Sequence record: NC_070952.1
DNA length: 64,000 nucleotides
Strand: one strand, 5' to 3'
Shown: positions 18,790-27,020 of the stretch, in pieces
Layout: each line of letters opens with the position of its first letter
Position numbering within the stretch: position 1 is the first letter of the stretch
The notes under the pieces: generated by a model
Databases searched by the model: none
What the model saw: the letters and a program-made list of their open reading frames with translations, nothing else
Told to the model about the DNA's origin: nothing
Made by a program: the position numbers and the translations under genes

Positions 18790-18915
18790 TTACCCAAAGC
18801 TGATGTGGATGAATGAGAAGATCCAACGGAGACCCTCGATAGCACACCAACCAGCGACGGCGCACACTAAACCGAAGACAATTATCATTCCGGTCCAACC
18901 ATTGCCCGACATCAT
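18790..18915 (-). CDS. Small membrane peptide (41 aa), not in ORF track
   Basis: GGAG RBS; MMSGNGWTGMIIVFGLVCAVAGWCAIEGLRWIFSFIHISFG. Confidence 0.55.
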   Translation of the reverse strand: MMSGNGWTGMIIVFGLVCAVAGWCAIEGLRWIFSFIHISFG

Positions 18916-18932
18916 AAATTATCTCCAGACAA

Positions 18933-18962
18933 ACAAAAAGAAAAGGGATCAATCGACCCCTT
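18933..18962 (-). terminator. Intrinsic terminator closing the tRNA/tRNA-like array
   Basis: Minus strand AAGGGGTC-GATT-GATCCCTT followed by TTCTTTTTG. Confidence 0.75.
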
Positions 18963-18982
18963 CTCTCTTCGTTAATAAAGGG

Positions 18983-19080
18983 TTACACGCCACACCTACC
19001 GACAGATGGGAAGTGGATCCCAGGTATGGTCACCTAAGTACCCCTGGCCTGTTGCACCCCGGCTACAGCATGGCGTGTAA
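18983..19080 (-). ncRNA. tRNA-like cloverleaf element 2 (98 nt, no CCA)
   Basis: 10-bp closing stem TTACACGCCA/TGGCGTGTAA enclosing three hairpins with 2/1/4/0-nt linkers, as in tRNA. Confidence 0.65.
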
Positions 19081-19082
19081 TT

Positions 19083-19186
19083 TGGCGCGGTCTTGGGAGT
19101 TTAACCCAACTACTGTGAAGATATCCAATGGTTGAAACTAATCATCCATCATCATACCTTCACGATATCTCTAAAGATATAACCGC
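19083..19186 (-). ncRNA. tRNA-like element 1 with 3'-GCCA and extended anticodon-position arm (104 nt)
   Basis: GCGGTT/GACCGC stem + G + CCA; T-arm TTGGG-TTAAACT-CCCAA; ATATCT-TTAG-AGATAT arm; long GTGAAG...CTTCAC arm. Confidence 0.7.
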
Positions 19187-19191
19187 AGATT

Positions 19192-19277
19192 TGGAGCCAA
19201 GTACAGGATTCGAACCTGTGAAGCCTTACGGCAGGGGATTTGCAATCCTCTCGCTTTGCCCACTCACGAAACTTGGC
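19192..19277 (-). tRNA. tRNA-Cys(GCA) with long variable arm, encoded CCA
   Basis: GCCAAGT TT CGTGAGTGGGCAAAGCG A GAGGA-TTGCAAA-TCCCC TGCCGTAAGGCTTC ACAGG-TTCGAAT-CCTGT ACTTGGC T CCA. Confidence 0.93.
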
Positions 19278-19283
19278 GAATCT

Positions 19284-19778
19284 TTAAACTGTTTTATTCT
19301 GATCATCAACAACAGGGGTTGCTGGCGCAGAAGAAACTACAGTTTGGGGTGACGCTGGTGAAGCCGTTAACACGGGAACAACTTCAGGTTTCACTTCTTC
19401 CTTTTCCAGATGAAGTTTTACCAGTTCTTCCTTAGTCAAGGTTTCAAAATGCTGAACTAACGCTTCGATCTGCTGAAGGTGTGATTCACCATTGACTTTT
19501 AAAGTAGAGAGTTCGACAAGTACCTTGGCTTTAAACGTTTCCCACAGTCCATCTCCCACGTCTTTGAGTTTCTCTTGGACATCGGCAGGAAGAAGCTTCG
19601 TTTTAAGCTCGTTAACTTGTGCTTGTAGTTGACTTTGAATACCATCAACATAAGCCTGCAGTTTAGGGTCTGTTGCAACACTACCGGTGGTATTATGTTT
19701 ACGGAACAAAATCGCACCGGCAATACCGACAGCAACACCTACAACCAACATAACTAACAGCATCCCAATAGAATTCAT
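19284..19778 (-). CDS. N-terminally membrane-anchored coiled-coil protein
   Basis: TM helix MLLVMLVVGVAVGIAGAILF then basic RKH and heptad-rich region; AAGGT RBS. Confidence 0.7.
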   Translation of the reverse strand: MNSIGMLLVMLVVGVAVGIAGAILFRKHNTTGSVATDPKLQAYVDGIQSQLQAQVNELKTKLLPADVQEKLKDVGDGLWETFKAKVLVELSTLKVNGESHLQQIEALVQHFETLTKEELVKLHLEKEEVKPEVVPVLTASPASPQTVVSSAPATPVVDDQNKTV

Positions 19779-19914
19779 TTTACTTACCTTTATATTTTTA
19801 TTGACTGAGAAAGTTCAGTCAAAAGATAAATAAGATGAACTCTAATAATATTGCCGCCTTGATATTTAAATCAGTAATTCCCGATTTTTCGGGTATTGCG
19901 GGCGGCCATTACTC

Positions 19915-20139
19915 TTATCCAGCATTATACTCGGATAAGATTATACCCTCAGGGACAAGAGCGTTTATAGCGACCGTGCTTACGTTAAGGAATTCATCCG
20001 AAGATGATTGATCTCCCTCAGCGAATAAAGCCAACGCTAACTCACGTGATCTTTCCTCTGTGGGTGCCGCTACCACTGTAGCGCAATAGTTATCGTAATC
20101 CCGATATTTATCGGTACGTTCAATAAGATAAAGTTTCAT
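19915..20139 (-). CDS. Small hypothetical phage protein
   Basis: 74 aa, MKLYLIERTD...VVAAPTEE..RELA pattern typical of small phage proteins. Confidence 0.65.
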   Translation of the reverse strand: MKLYLIERTDKYRDYDNYCATVVAAPTEERSRELALALFAEGDQSSSDEFLNVSTVAINALVPEGIILSEYNAG

Positions 20140-20369
20140 CTATTTAATCTCGATTAGATACAGTAGGTGTACTTTCAGAAGCTGTGAAAGGACTGTTCTC
20201 ATCTTGACGTAAAACTTATCTATTGATTGATCAACCAAATTGTGGTCCTGTCATTCTGGATCTCTTCCCGTCGACTGGAACATGTATAATCGAGAGAGAT
20301 ACTAGATCCGCCCATTGGCTTTCTCTAGCTGGAATTCTTTTAACAGAATATAAAGAGCTGATTAAAAAG

Positions 20370-20669
20370 TTACTCTACTTCAATCCAGTCTTCAGCCTGC
20401 AGATCCGAAGAGGATGGAACCCAGGAATTCACGCGACCATTGGTTTCGTTAACAATAACAAAGAAAGGATCGATAAAAGCAGGTTCACCGTTTTCCAATT
20501 GAACTTCATTGGTAGCAATTGCACCGTGGATCTTAACGTACAGCTTTTTACCGTTCCATCCAACGCGAGCAAACTTACGAGGCTTCTTAGTTTTCAGTGA
20601 ACCACGCATGGCTTCGTTAGCGATAGCATAACTGACCGTAACTGGAGCAGCGGAATTAGATTGTGTCAT
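20370..20669 (-). CDS. DUF2829-family phage protein
   Basis: RVGWNGKKLY and WVPSSSDLQAEDW signature motifs; GGAG RBS. Confidence 0.8.
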   Translation of the reverse strand: MTQSNSAAPVTVSYAIANEAMRGSLKTKKPRKFARVGWNGKKLYVKIHGAIATNEVQLENGEPAFIDPFFVIVNETNGRVNSWVPSSSDLQAEDWIEVE

Positions 20670-20699
20670 ACGTTCTCCAAAATAGATATAGTTATCTTT

Positions 20700-21200
20700 C
20701 TATGAATACTCGTAAATACACATAGAAAGAGGGGACGTTGATTCCCCCTTGCCCAATGTACAGGCTAAGCAACACAGTATCCGAAATAACAGCGCGTCAT
20801 TTCTTTATGCCAACTTACAAAAAAAAATAAGCATAAAGAAGCAACACGATAAAAAGCCTAGAGGAAGGAGGAAAAGGGAGACCAAGCCTCTAGGCTTTAC
20901 TTATCACGACTAACAATACAACAGCAAGAAAACATGCCCCCATGCTTTCTTTAAAGACACTTGTAAAAATACCTTTAAAGAAAGGGGGAGGAAGGCCGCC
21001 TCCCCACTTTATAACGAGATGAATAATGAATGGCAAAAATACCAAGAAGCACGATGGCGTCATACTTCTTTATGAACACTCGGGAATATGGAATGCTCAT
21101 AAAAAAGTAGAGATGTTCGAGCAAACATCTCTTTTATCAAATGATAAGAATGATTGGCAATACAATAAGAAAATTGAACAGTCTTTTCTTACATAAAATA
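20700..21200 (-). ncRNA. Candidate structured leader/sRNA
   Basis: ORF-free; 12-bp stems 20853-20864/20887-20898 and 20945-20956/20973-20984; G-U pairs in the 21045-21070 hairpin favour the minus strand. Confidence 0.4.
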
Positions 21201-21225
21201 AGTAACTCTCATAATAAATTAAATA

Positions 21226-21245
21226 GATATTATCAGAGTGAAGTA
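21226..21245 (+). promoter_or_regulatory. Early (virion RNAP-type) promoter
   Basis: GATATTAT-CAGA-GTG; same D-A-Y-ATTAY-N4-RTG motif at 8779, 11849, 28773, 38162, 47931, 53123, 57568, 62714; resembles the phiKZ early consensus TATATTAC. Confidence 0.7.
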
Positions 21246-21276
21246 TCTAACTTAGTTTTTAACCTTAGGATAGAAA

Positions 21277-21876
21277 ATGAATATTGAAACTGTTCGTACT
21301 GAATTCACAGATTTACTGATTGACCATTTTGATGTGCAGTCGGTAAAAAGCTATATTGTAGATCCAACCATGTTACGTAACATGGGCGAGTCCCGTTATA
21401 ACAAAGTTATTGGGATCGAGATTATCATCAACCGCACCATGCGTTTGCATATCTTTGGATCAGAGCGTCAGGGGAAGATGCTGTTTACCCGTCCTAAAGA
21501 AGGGATCGATAAATACATCATTGGGGAATTGCGTTCTTACGATTTCTATTTCTGTTTGAGCGACAAACACCCAAGTCACCGCAACCTTGTTGCTCGCATC
21601 ATTGATATCTGGCTGGGTCACTTAGCAGCAGAGAACATCAGATCCACATTGTCCTTCTATCTGAAGGAAAGTGGTAACGTTCTCGATTACTGCTTTGGGT
21701 ACAAGGTATTATGTACACAACGTGACACCAAAACGTATGACGCAGTATTTGATGTATTGGTTAACAAGAACGGCCGGTATCACACTTACCGTGGAACATT
21801 CACTAATGGTAACTTAAGCGCCATTACTGATGAAGATAATGTGAGCGTTCCGCCGGAGAAAATGTTTGAGGTTTAA
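21277..21876 (+). CDS. Hypothetical early protein
   Basis: 199 aa, first gene after the early promoter, AGGA RBS. Confidence 0.75.
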   Translation: MNIETVRTEFTDLLIDHFDVQSVKSYIVDPTMLRNMGESRYNKVIGIEIIINRTMRLHIFGSERQGKMLFTRPKEGIDKYIIGELRSYDFYFCLSDKHPSHRNLVARIIDIWLGHLAAENIRSTLSFYLKESGNVLDYCFGYKVLCTQRDTKTYDAVFDVLVNKNGRYHTYRGTFTNGNLSAITDEDNVSVPPEKMFEV

Positions 21877-22245
21877 ATGGATCCTGTTATATGGATTTTA
21901 TCCCTGTTTATAGTGGGTCTGGTTATTGCCGGACTTGCGCACCTTTCATGGCTCTATGCCAATAAACTAACCAAGAAGGAGAGACTCATGTCTCGTAAAG
22001 CAAAGTTCACTGGAATCAAATCTCGTGCAAAAGAAATCGTTCACTTGGATTATCTCCGGGTGTATCACGAAGTACTGAAATATGAAGAAATTCTGGATAT
22101 CGATCTGGATACCATTTATAACGCAGTACTGACCTGCTTCCAGTGTAAACTCGCTAAGGACAAGATGTCTGATGTTCCGGATCCGATTGATATCGAGATC
22201 ATGATCAAAGAAGTAATGGACAAGCTGGTTAAAGCCAACAAGTAG
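21877..22245 (+). CDS. Membrane-anchored hypothetical protein
   Basis: N-terminal TM VIWILSLFIVGLVIAGLAHLSWLY. Confidence 0.7.
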   Translation: MDPVIWILSLFIVGLVIAGLAHLSWLYANKLTKKERLMSRKAKFTGIKSRAKEIVHLDYLRVYHEVLKYEEILDIDLDTIYNAVLTCFQCKLAKDKMSDVPDPIDIEIMIKEVMDKLVKANK

Positions 22246-22385
22246 ATGGTTATATTTAATTTCTAACTCCTATCCTTATCTATTGATGGGGTAGGGGCTT
22301 AGGTCCTATCCGATTAGGATAAAAATTAAATATATTAACGAACGTAGTGAGTATCCTTATTCTGTAGTTAATACCAGAGGTAATT

Positions 22386-22826
22386 ATGTATTACATTAGC
22401 GGTCTCGATTTAGTGGGATTAGTAATCTTAGGATTTATCCTGGGGTATGTTTGGTTTGAATCTCTTTTGCCTTATCTTAAAGAGATCAGGGCTAAGAAAA
22501 AAGAAATCGATGATGAAACTACTCAGGAAGATCGGGTCGACATGTTTCTCACTGAAGTAGAGAGCATGCTGAAGAAGATGTATACTTACGGTGTTCTCGA
22601 TAAGTTTTATTTAAACGACTTTAAAAAGGCGGTTTATATTTCCGCCCATGATCTGTTAGCCGACACTGTTTGTAACGTGCATGTTGAATGGGTGTCTTCT
22701 GATGTACACTATACGGTCACCATTGATATTGATGAGGAACGCTATGAGTTAGTAGCGCCGTGGCGGTTACCAACCTTGGATCCTGAAGAGTTTGGAATAA
22801 AATTTACCGTCCCGTATAACCGATAA
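22386..22826 (+). CDS. Membrane-anchored hypothetical protein
   Basis: GAGGT RBS; N-terminal TM. Confidence 0.7.
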   Translation: MYYISGLDLVGLVILGFILGYVWFESLLPYLKEIRAKKKEIDDETTQEDRVDMFLTEVESMLKKMYTYGVLDKFYLNDFKKAVYISAHDLLADTVCNVHVEWVSSDVHYTVTIDIDEERYELVAPWRLPTLDPEEFGIKFTVPYNR

Positions 22827-22930
22827 TTTCTATATTGTGACTCTTACTGCGTAAATGTAGTAAGATGATTAAAATATAAATATGGACATTACACACACCT
22901 TCAACACTCAAACCCCTGAGGATATAGTTA

Positions 22931-23608
22931 ATGTTTGACTATAAAAATGTCGCTGTAATCTACCTTCGTATGTTTCTATCCATTTTAGCAGCCAACTTTA
23001 CCGCTGCTAATAAACGTCTGGAAAAGCTTGTCCTTAATCAGGTCGGAAATGCTTACCCACAGCAACTTCTTTTTTGCGCTAATGGTGTCTCTGCGACGAT
23101 CATGATGCGTGAAAGTATCTATTACCTGATTGTGAGTATAGCAACGGGAGAGGGAGCAAAAGAGTTTAAACTGGGTAAAACGGCGACGATCAGTAAATCG
23201 ATATTGAATCAGCTTGAAGTCTGGTTCCATAAAGAACACCGCCAAATGTATAATGAATCCATCGGGATCATTACTGCCAGTATTAAACGCGTCACCATCA
23301 AGCCTTTCATTTCAGAGATCGGTTGGATTAAACGCCTTTGCTTTACTCAAAACGTGAAGAACATCAGTTACGGTTCCCAACACCTTGATCAGCTGTTACC
23401 AACCCGTGTAACAGTACAGCGTGGGATTACCAACAAGTTGCAGGTTTTTGTGGATATCCACACCGACAACATCAAAGGTGAACTCACGAAGTTCATTCCA
23501 GTTCATGCTGGAATAATGCGCAGCTACTACGCGAACCAGGCTACAGACCCGGTGAACAAATGGCTGCGTGAAGTGCTGCTTGAGCACGTTGATGTAAACT
23601 TGAAGTAA
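22931..23608 (+). CDS. Hypothetical protein
   Basis: 225 aa, GAGGA RBS. Confidence 0.7.
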   Translation: MFDYKNVAVIYLRMFLSILAANFTAANKRLEKLVLNQVGNAYPQQLLFCANGVSATIMMRESIYYLIVSIATGEGAKEFKLGKTATISKSILNQLEVWFHKEHRQMYNESIGIITASIKRVTIKPFISEIGWIKRLCFTQNVKNISYGSQHLDQLLPTRVTVQRGITNKLQVFVDIHTDNIKGELTKFIPVHAGIMRSYYANQATDPVNKWLREVLLEHVDVNLK

Positions 23609-23682
23609 AATAACGAATGGATAGGGGGCTCTGCCTCCTGTCTGTTTATCTTTTGCTGTTCAATAAATCGAGAATAATAATT

Positions 23683-24081
23683 ATGGGTGATCTACACATA
23701 ACTGGTTTTCAGTTGTTAGGGATAACTGTTCTGATTGCCATTGTCGCTTTAGCTTTTTGCGCTATCTGGTTAACCTGTATATTACTGGGGGAAACGCAAG
23801 ATCTCAAGAAAGCGGTGAAGGACGTTCAGTGCGCATATGGTAACATTGAGATTGAACTCAATAAAAAGTTAAAGGTAAACAATGCGATTCATTATTCTGA
23901 CTTGGTTAAGATTGTCAGGGTGGTGGGGAACATGGTACCAGGGGTCGAAATCGTAATTGATAAAGAGTTTGAGAACGATCGGTTGCATATCCTGATAGAA
24001 GCAGGTGGGATTAAATCCAAGCTTACCTTGATTGCAACTATCGTGGAATATGGTATTCCTCGTTTCCATGAACAAGTATAA
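23683..24081 (+). CDS. Membrane-anchored hypothetical protein
   Basis: Likely start MGDLHITG at 23683; N-terminal TM. Confidence 0.65.
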   Translation: MGDLHITGFQLLGITVLIAIVALAFCAIWLTCILLGETQDLKKAVKDVQCAYGNIEIELNKKLKVNNAIHYSDLVKIVRVVGNMVPGVEIVIDKEFENDRLHILIEAGGIKSKLTLIATIVEYGIPRFHEQV

Positions 24082-24174
24082 GTGATTTCTTAATTGCCTT
24101 TTATATACTATGTATTATAATTCTCTTTCTCGTACTCTTTTCTCTACTCTCTAATTACCTTAAAAAGTGGTTAT

Positions 24175-24199
24175 GGGAGAAGGGGAAAGGGGATGAGGG
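24175..24199 (+). other. Canonical G-quadruplex motif in a 310-bp intergenic region
   Basis: GGG-AGAA-GGGG-AAA-GGGG-ATGA-GGG. Confidence 0.5.
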
Positions 24200-24393
24200 C
24201 CTTCCCTTGACGTTGTCCGGGTAGGACTATATTTAAATATATTTACAGGAAAGTATTATAAAGAGAATATATAAAGGGAATAAAAGGGATTAAGGAAAAA
24301 CAGAAATCCTGAAAATTGAAAAAAGAGAAAGAACCTTGGTTACCCTCATCGGTAACCAAGGTAGGATGAACTTTAATTATTTTAGGATTTTAA

Positions 24394-24918
24394 ATGAACG
24401 TTAAAGAGGAACTGCAACGGTCAGTAGATGTTTACGCTACTAAGTTGAAGAAAAAGATTGAGAAAGACATTGACACAATGTTAACAAGTTTGAATGAGCA
24501 ATTTGTATTACCAAAGCCCGAGTTACAAAAATACCTGTTAGAAACATTTGTCAATAAATTTAGTGCGGATATTGATCAGTGCGATACTCAGGCTTTATTA
24601 CATTTTGTCATTAAGTTCTCTGAAGTCCTTAACTTGCTTAAAGCACATAAGTTAAAAGATTTCTCCCCCTTAGCGGTGAATGGGTATATCTTCACGCCTA
24701 ATGGTGGTATTCCTGCATCTATCGATGTGGAACATGTGGAGAGTAAAACACCACTGGGTAAGATTGTGATTCAGTTGGATATGATCACAGTAAGAACAAG
24801 TGTGCCAGAGATCCAATATCACGTGGACTCTAGCTACGTTAAAGACGATGTCGTAATGAATGTGCTCGGTAATTTTATTGTCAAGTTTAAAAACAATATC
24901 TCACCACTGAAAGGTTAA
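24394..24918 (+). CDS. Hypothetical protein
   Basis: 174 aa, AGGA RBS. Confidence 0.7.
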   Translation: MNVKEELQRSVDVYATKLKKKIEKDIDTMLTSLNEQFVLPKPELQKYLLETFVNKFSADIDQCDTQALLHFVIKFSEVLNLLKAHKLKDFSPLAVNGYIFTPNGGIPASIDVEHVESKTPLGKIVIQLDMITVRTSVPEIQYHVDSSYVKDDVVMNVLGNFIVKFKNNISPLKG

Positions 24919-24924
24919 TTTATT

Positions 24925-25284
24925 ATGTCGCATTATGCTAAATTATCGTTAATCGATGATGACATGGTCAAAGAGTTAAATCCTATCTTGGATTACTGCG
25001 ATTATCATTCTTATACTCGTGACATTTTCAGTGTGCCACGCATCGAGGATATCTGCGATGCATTGATGGAGATCCTGGATGTCAATTACGATAACGAGAT
25101 GGATTTCCACGTTCTTAATCCTGAATTGATTGATCGTATTGTATCGGGATTGGAAGAACGTCAGGGGATGTGGAGTGATGGACTGCAACTTAAATCTAAA
25201 CGTTTAATTGACGGGTTGAAAGAACACCGCGATACGTTTGCGTTTGAAGGCAGTGATTCCTTGTTGTTGAGTTGGGCTGATTAA
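24925..25284 (+). CDS. Hypothetical protein
   Basis: 119 aa, operonic. Confidence 0.7.
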   Translation: MSHYAKLSLIDDDMVKELNPILDYCDYHSYTRDIFSVPRIEDICDALMEILDVNYDNEMDFHVLNPELIDRIVSGLEERQGMWSDGLQLKSKRLIDGLKEHRDTFAFEGSDSLLLSWAD

Positions 25285-25356
25285 TTATAAACCACTACTA
25301 AGATGATCTGGCTTCGGCTGGGTCATCTTATATCTTAACCTTAGAGAGATTAAATC

Positions 25357-26070
25357 ATGCTGAATAAAGATAATGCTGTTAAATTCCTTGAAACAGTAAC
25401 CTATGACGAAATGATGGGTTACGATGCAGTACTGGTATCCGAAAATGAACACAGTCAGTCTACTAATCCTGATTGGGCATCGGCTCGTCAGTTTATCCTT
25501 GATACCGGAACCAGTATGTACGGTTGGGATGATGAAAGAACGATGTTCCTGGGAAGACTGTCCAACTTCCACAATGCCGAGGTTGCTTGTGAAGATTGGC
25601 GCTTTAATTACTTCTGGGCACTAACCAAAAATCTTCCTGAATCGACATTAGAAGAACAGTTCCCCACTTTGAAAAAGTTAGGCGACGAACTGACCAAGTT
25701 AAAAAGAAGTGCACTAGTCTATAAGAACCGAATGATGGAAATTTTAATGGTTCAGGACTCTATTACGTTTATGTATCCCCTTATTCATTTGGAAGATGAC
25801 ACTATTGAAATCCCCGAAATGGATTGGATAGGTAAAACAGTTGCCTGGCAAAATTCTTCATCGAGAACGGTTCGTTTCATCAAAGAAACCATTGATACTC
25901 ATCTCGGTGAAATTATGACCTATTCCCCCACCCCCGATCTGCAAGAAAAATTCAGTGTAGGTCCGTGCGGTCAGGTAGGAATTGTAACGGGTAAGATCAT
26001 GAAACAAACTCGCATCATGGGTATGCATGGTGTAATTGATCTGACCAATAATAAGTTATCTGCAGTTTAA
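25357..26070 (+). CDS. Hypothetical protein
   Basis: 237 aa, operonic. Confidence 0.7.
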   Translation: MLNKDNAVKFLETVTYDEMMGYDAVLVSENEHSQSTNPDWASARQFILDTGTSMYGWDDERTMFLGRLSNFHNAEVACEDWRFNYFWALTKNLPESTLEEQFPTLKKLGDELTKLKRSALVYKNRMMEILMVQDSITFMYPLIHLEDDTIEIPEMDWIGKTVAWQNSSSRTVRFIKETIDTHLGEIMTYSPTPDLQEKFSVGPCGQVGIVTGKIMKQTRIMGMHGVIDLTNNKLSAV

Positions 26071-26087
26071 CCTTAGAGAAAAAACTC

Positions 26088-26426
26088 ATGACAACAGTAA
26101 CACGTAAGAAACTGCGTAACGAATTAAAAGAACTGATGACGCCTGTCATCAAACATATTTACAAATTGGTGGAAGAAGGTAAAGCCACCGATGTACTGAA
26201 ATTCCAACATCGCGATAACGATGTGGAAGCGCATTTTACCAGTGATAATGGAAACTTGGTTGTTTATGTCATTGACTGGTACGGAGAGACGGTCGCATTT
26301 AAGATAGCTCCGCAACAACTGGCAGATACAACGGCTATGGGTGAGAAATGGATTATCGACAAATTCTCCACACTCAACACGCAACTTATCGATCGTGTCT
26401 ATAAGTCCCTTACCACTCTTCACTGA
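26088..26426 (+). CDS. Hypothetical protein
   Basis: 112 aa, operonic. Confidence 0.7.
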   Translation: MTTVTRKKLRNELKELMTPVIKHIYKLVEEGKATDVLKFQHRDNDVEAHFTSDNGNLVVYVIDWYGETVAFKIAPQQLADTTAMGEKWIIDKFSTLNTQLIDRVYKSLTTLH

Positions 26427-26433
26427 GGTCATT

Positions 26434-26844
26434 ATGTCTAGAATGTCTGAAGAAGAAATAAAAATTATCTTTAATAAAGTTTATCCTGCCAATGACATCG
26501 CCCATGAACAGTTTTATTACATGTTTAACCAAAATAGTATTCCAAAGGGATGTATTCTGGATGTTCCTGTTCGTTCTTGTCCTTGGGCTATTGACAATGT
26601 GGTATTTCAATTACATTGCGTCTTAAGTGAAGAATTTCCCGATCAGATTCTGCTAACTCGATTTGGTAAAGAAGTAGGTAAAATCTGGCATGAATACGAT
26701 AACTTTATTCACCTATCTTCTACCGAGTCAGGATTAACTTATAAATTTCCATTGAAATCTAAATTGTCGGTATCAACAGAAGAATGTGTAAACGCCATGA
26801 TGTGGTTCTTCTGTCCTAATGAAATAATGTCGATTAAAGAATAA
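26434..26844 (+). CDS. Hypothetical protein
   Basis: Likely start MSRMSEE at 26434 after GAGGT RBS. Confidence 0.7.
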   Translation: MSRMSEEEIKIIFNKVYPANDIAHEQFYYMFNQNSIPKGCILDVPVRSCPWAIDNVVFQLHCVLSEEFPDQILLTRFGKEVGKIWHEYDNFIHLSSTESGLTYKFPLKSKLSVSTEECVNAMMWFFCPNEIMSIKE

Positions 26845-26853
26845 GGATTTAGA

Positions 26854-27018
26854 ATGTCCCAAGAACAAATGAAAGATTTATTTCAGCGTGTTCGTGAAAT
26901 GACTAAAGAACGTAACTTTACGATTGTTACTCCAAAAGCTTCGCCAATGATGGGCCGACCACCTGAACCTAAAGACGGTCCACTCATTATTGACTACCTC
27001 TCTACTCTGGAACATTAA
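26854..27018 (+). CDS. Small hypothetical protein (54 aa), not in ORF track
   Basis: AAGGA RBS; MSQEQMKDLFQRVREMTKERNFTIVTPKASPMMGRPPEPKDGPLIIDYLSTLEH; fills the operon gap. Confidence 0.6.
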   Translation: MSQEQMKDLFQRVREMTKERNFTIVTPKASPMMGRPPEPKDGPLIIDYLSTLEH

Positions 27019-27020
27019 TC

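Noticed and set aside
18803-19352. + strand ORFs 18803-19135 and 19128-19352
   Set aside because: Antisense to the tRNA/tRNA-like array and minus-strand genes; no RBS.
26854-27018. GPLIIDYL resembles the DnaB helicase Walker B region (LIVIDYL)
   Set aside because: The ORF is only 54 aa with no other helicase motif; probably coincidental.
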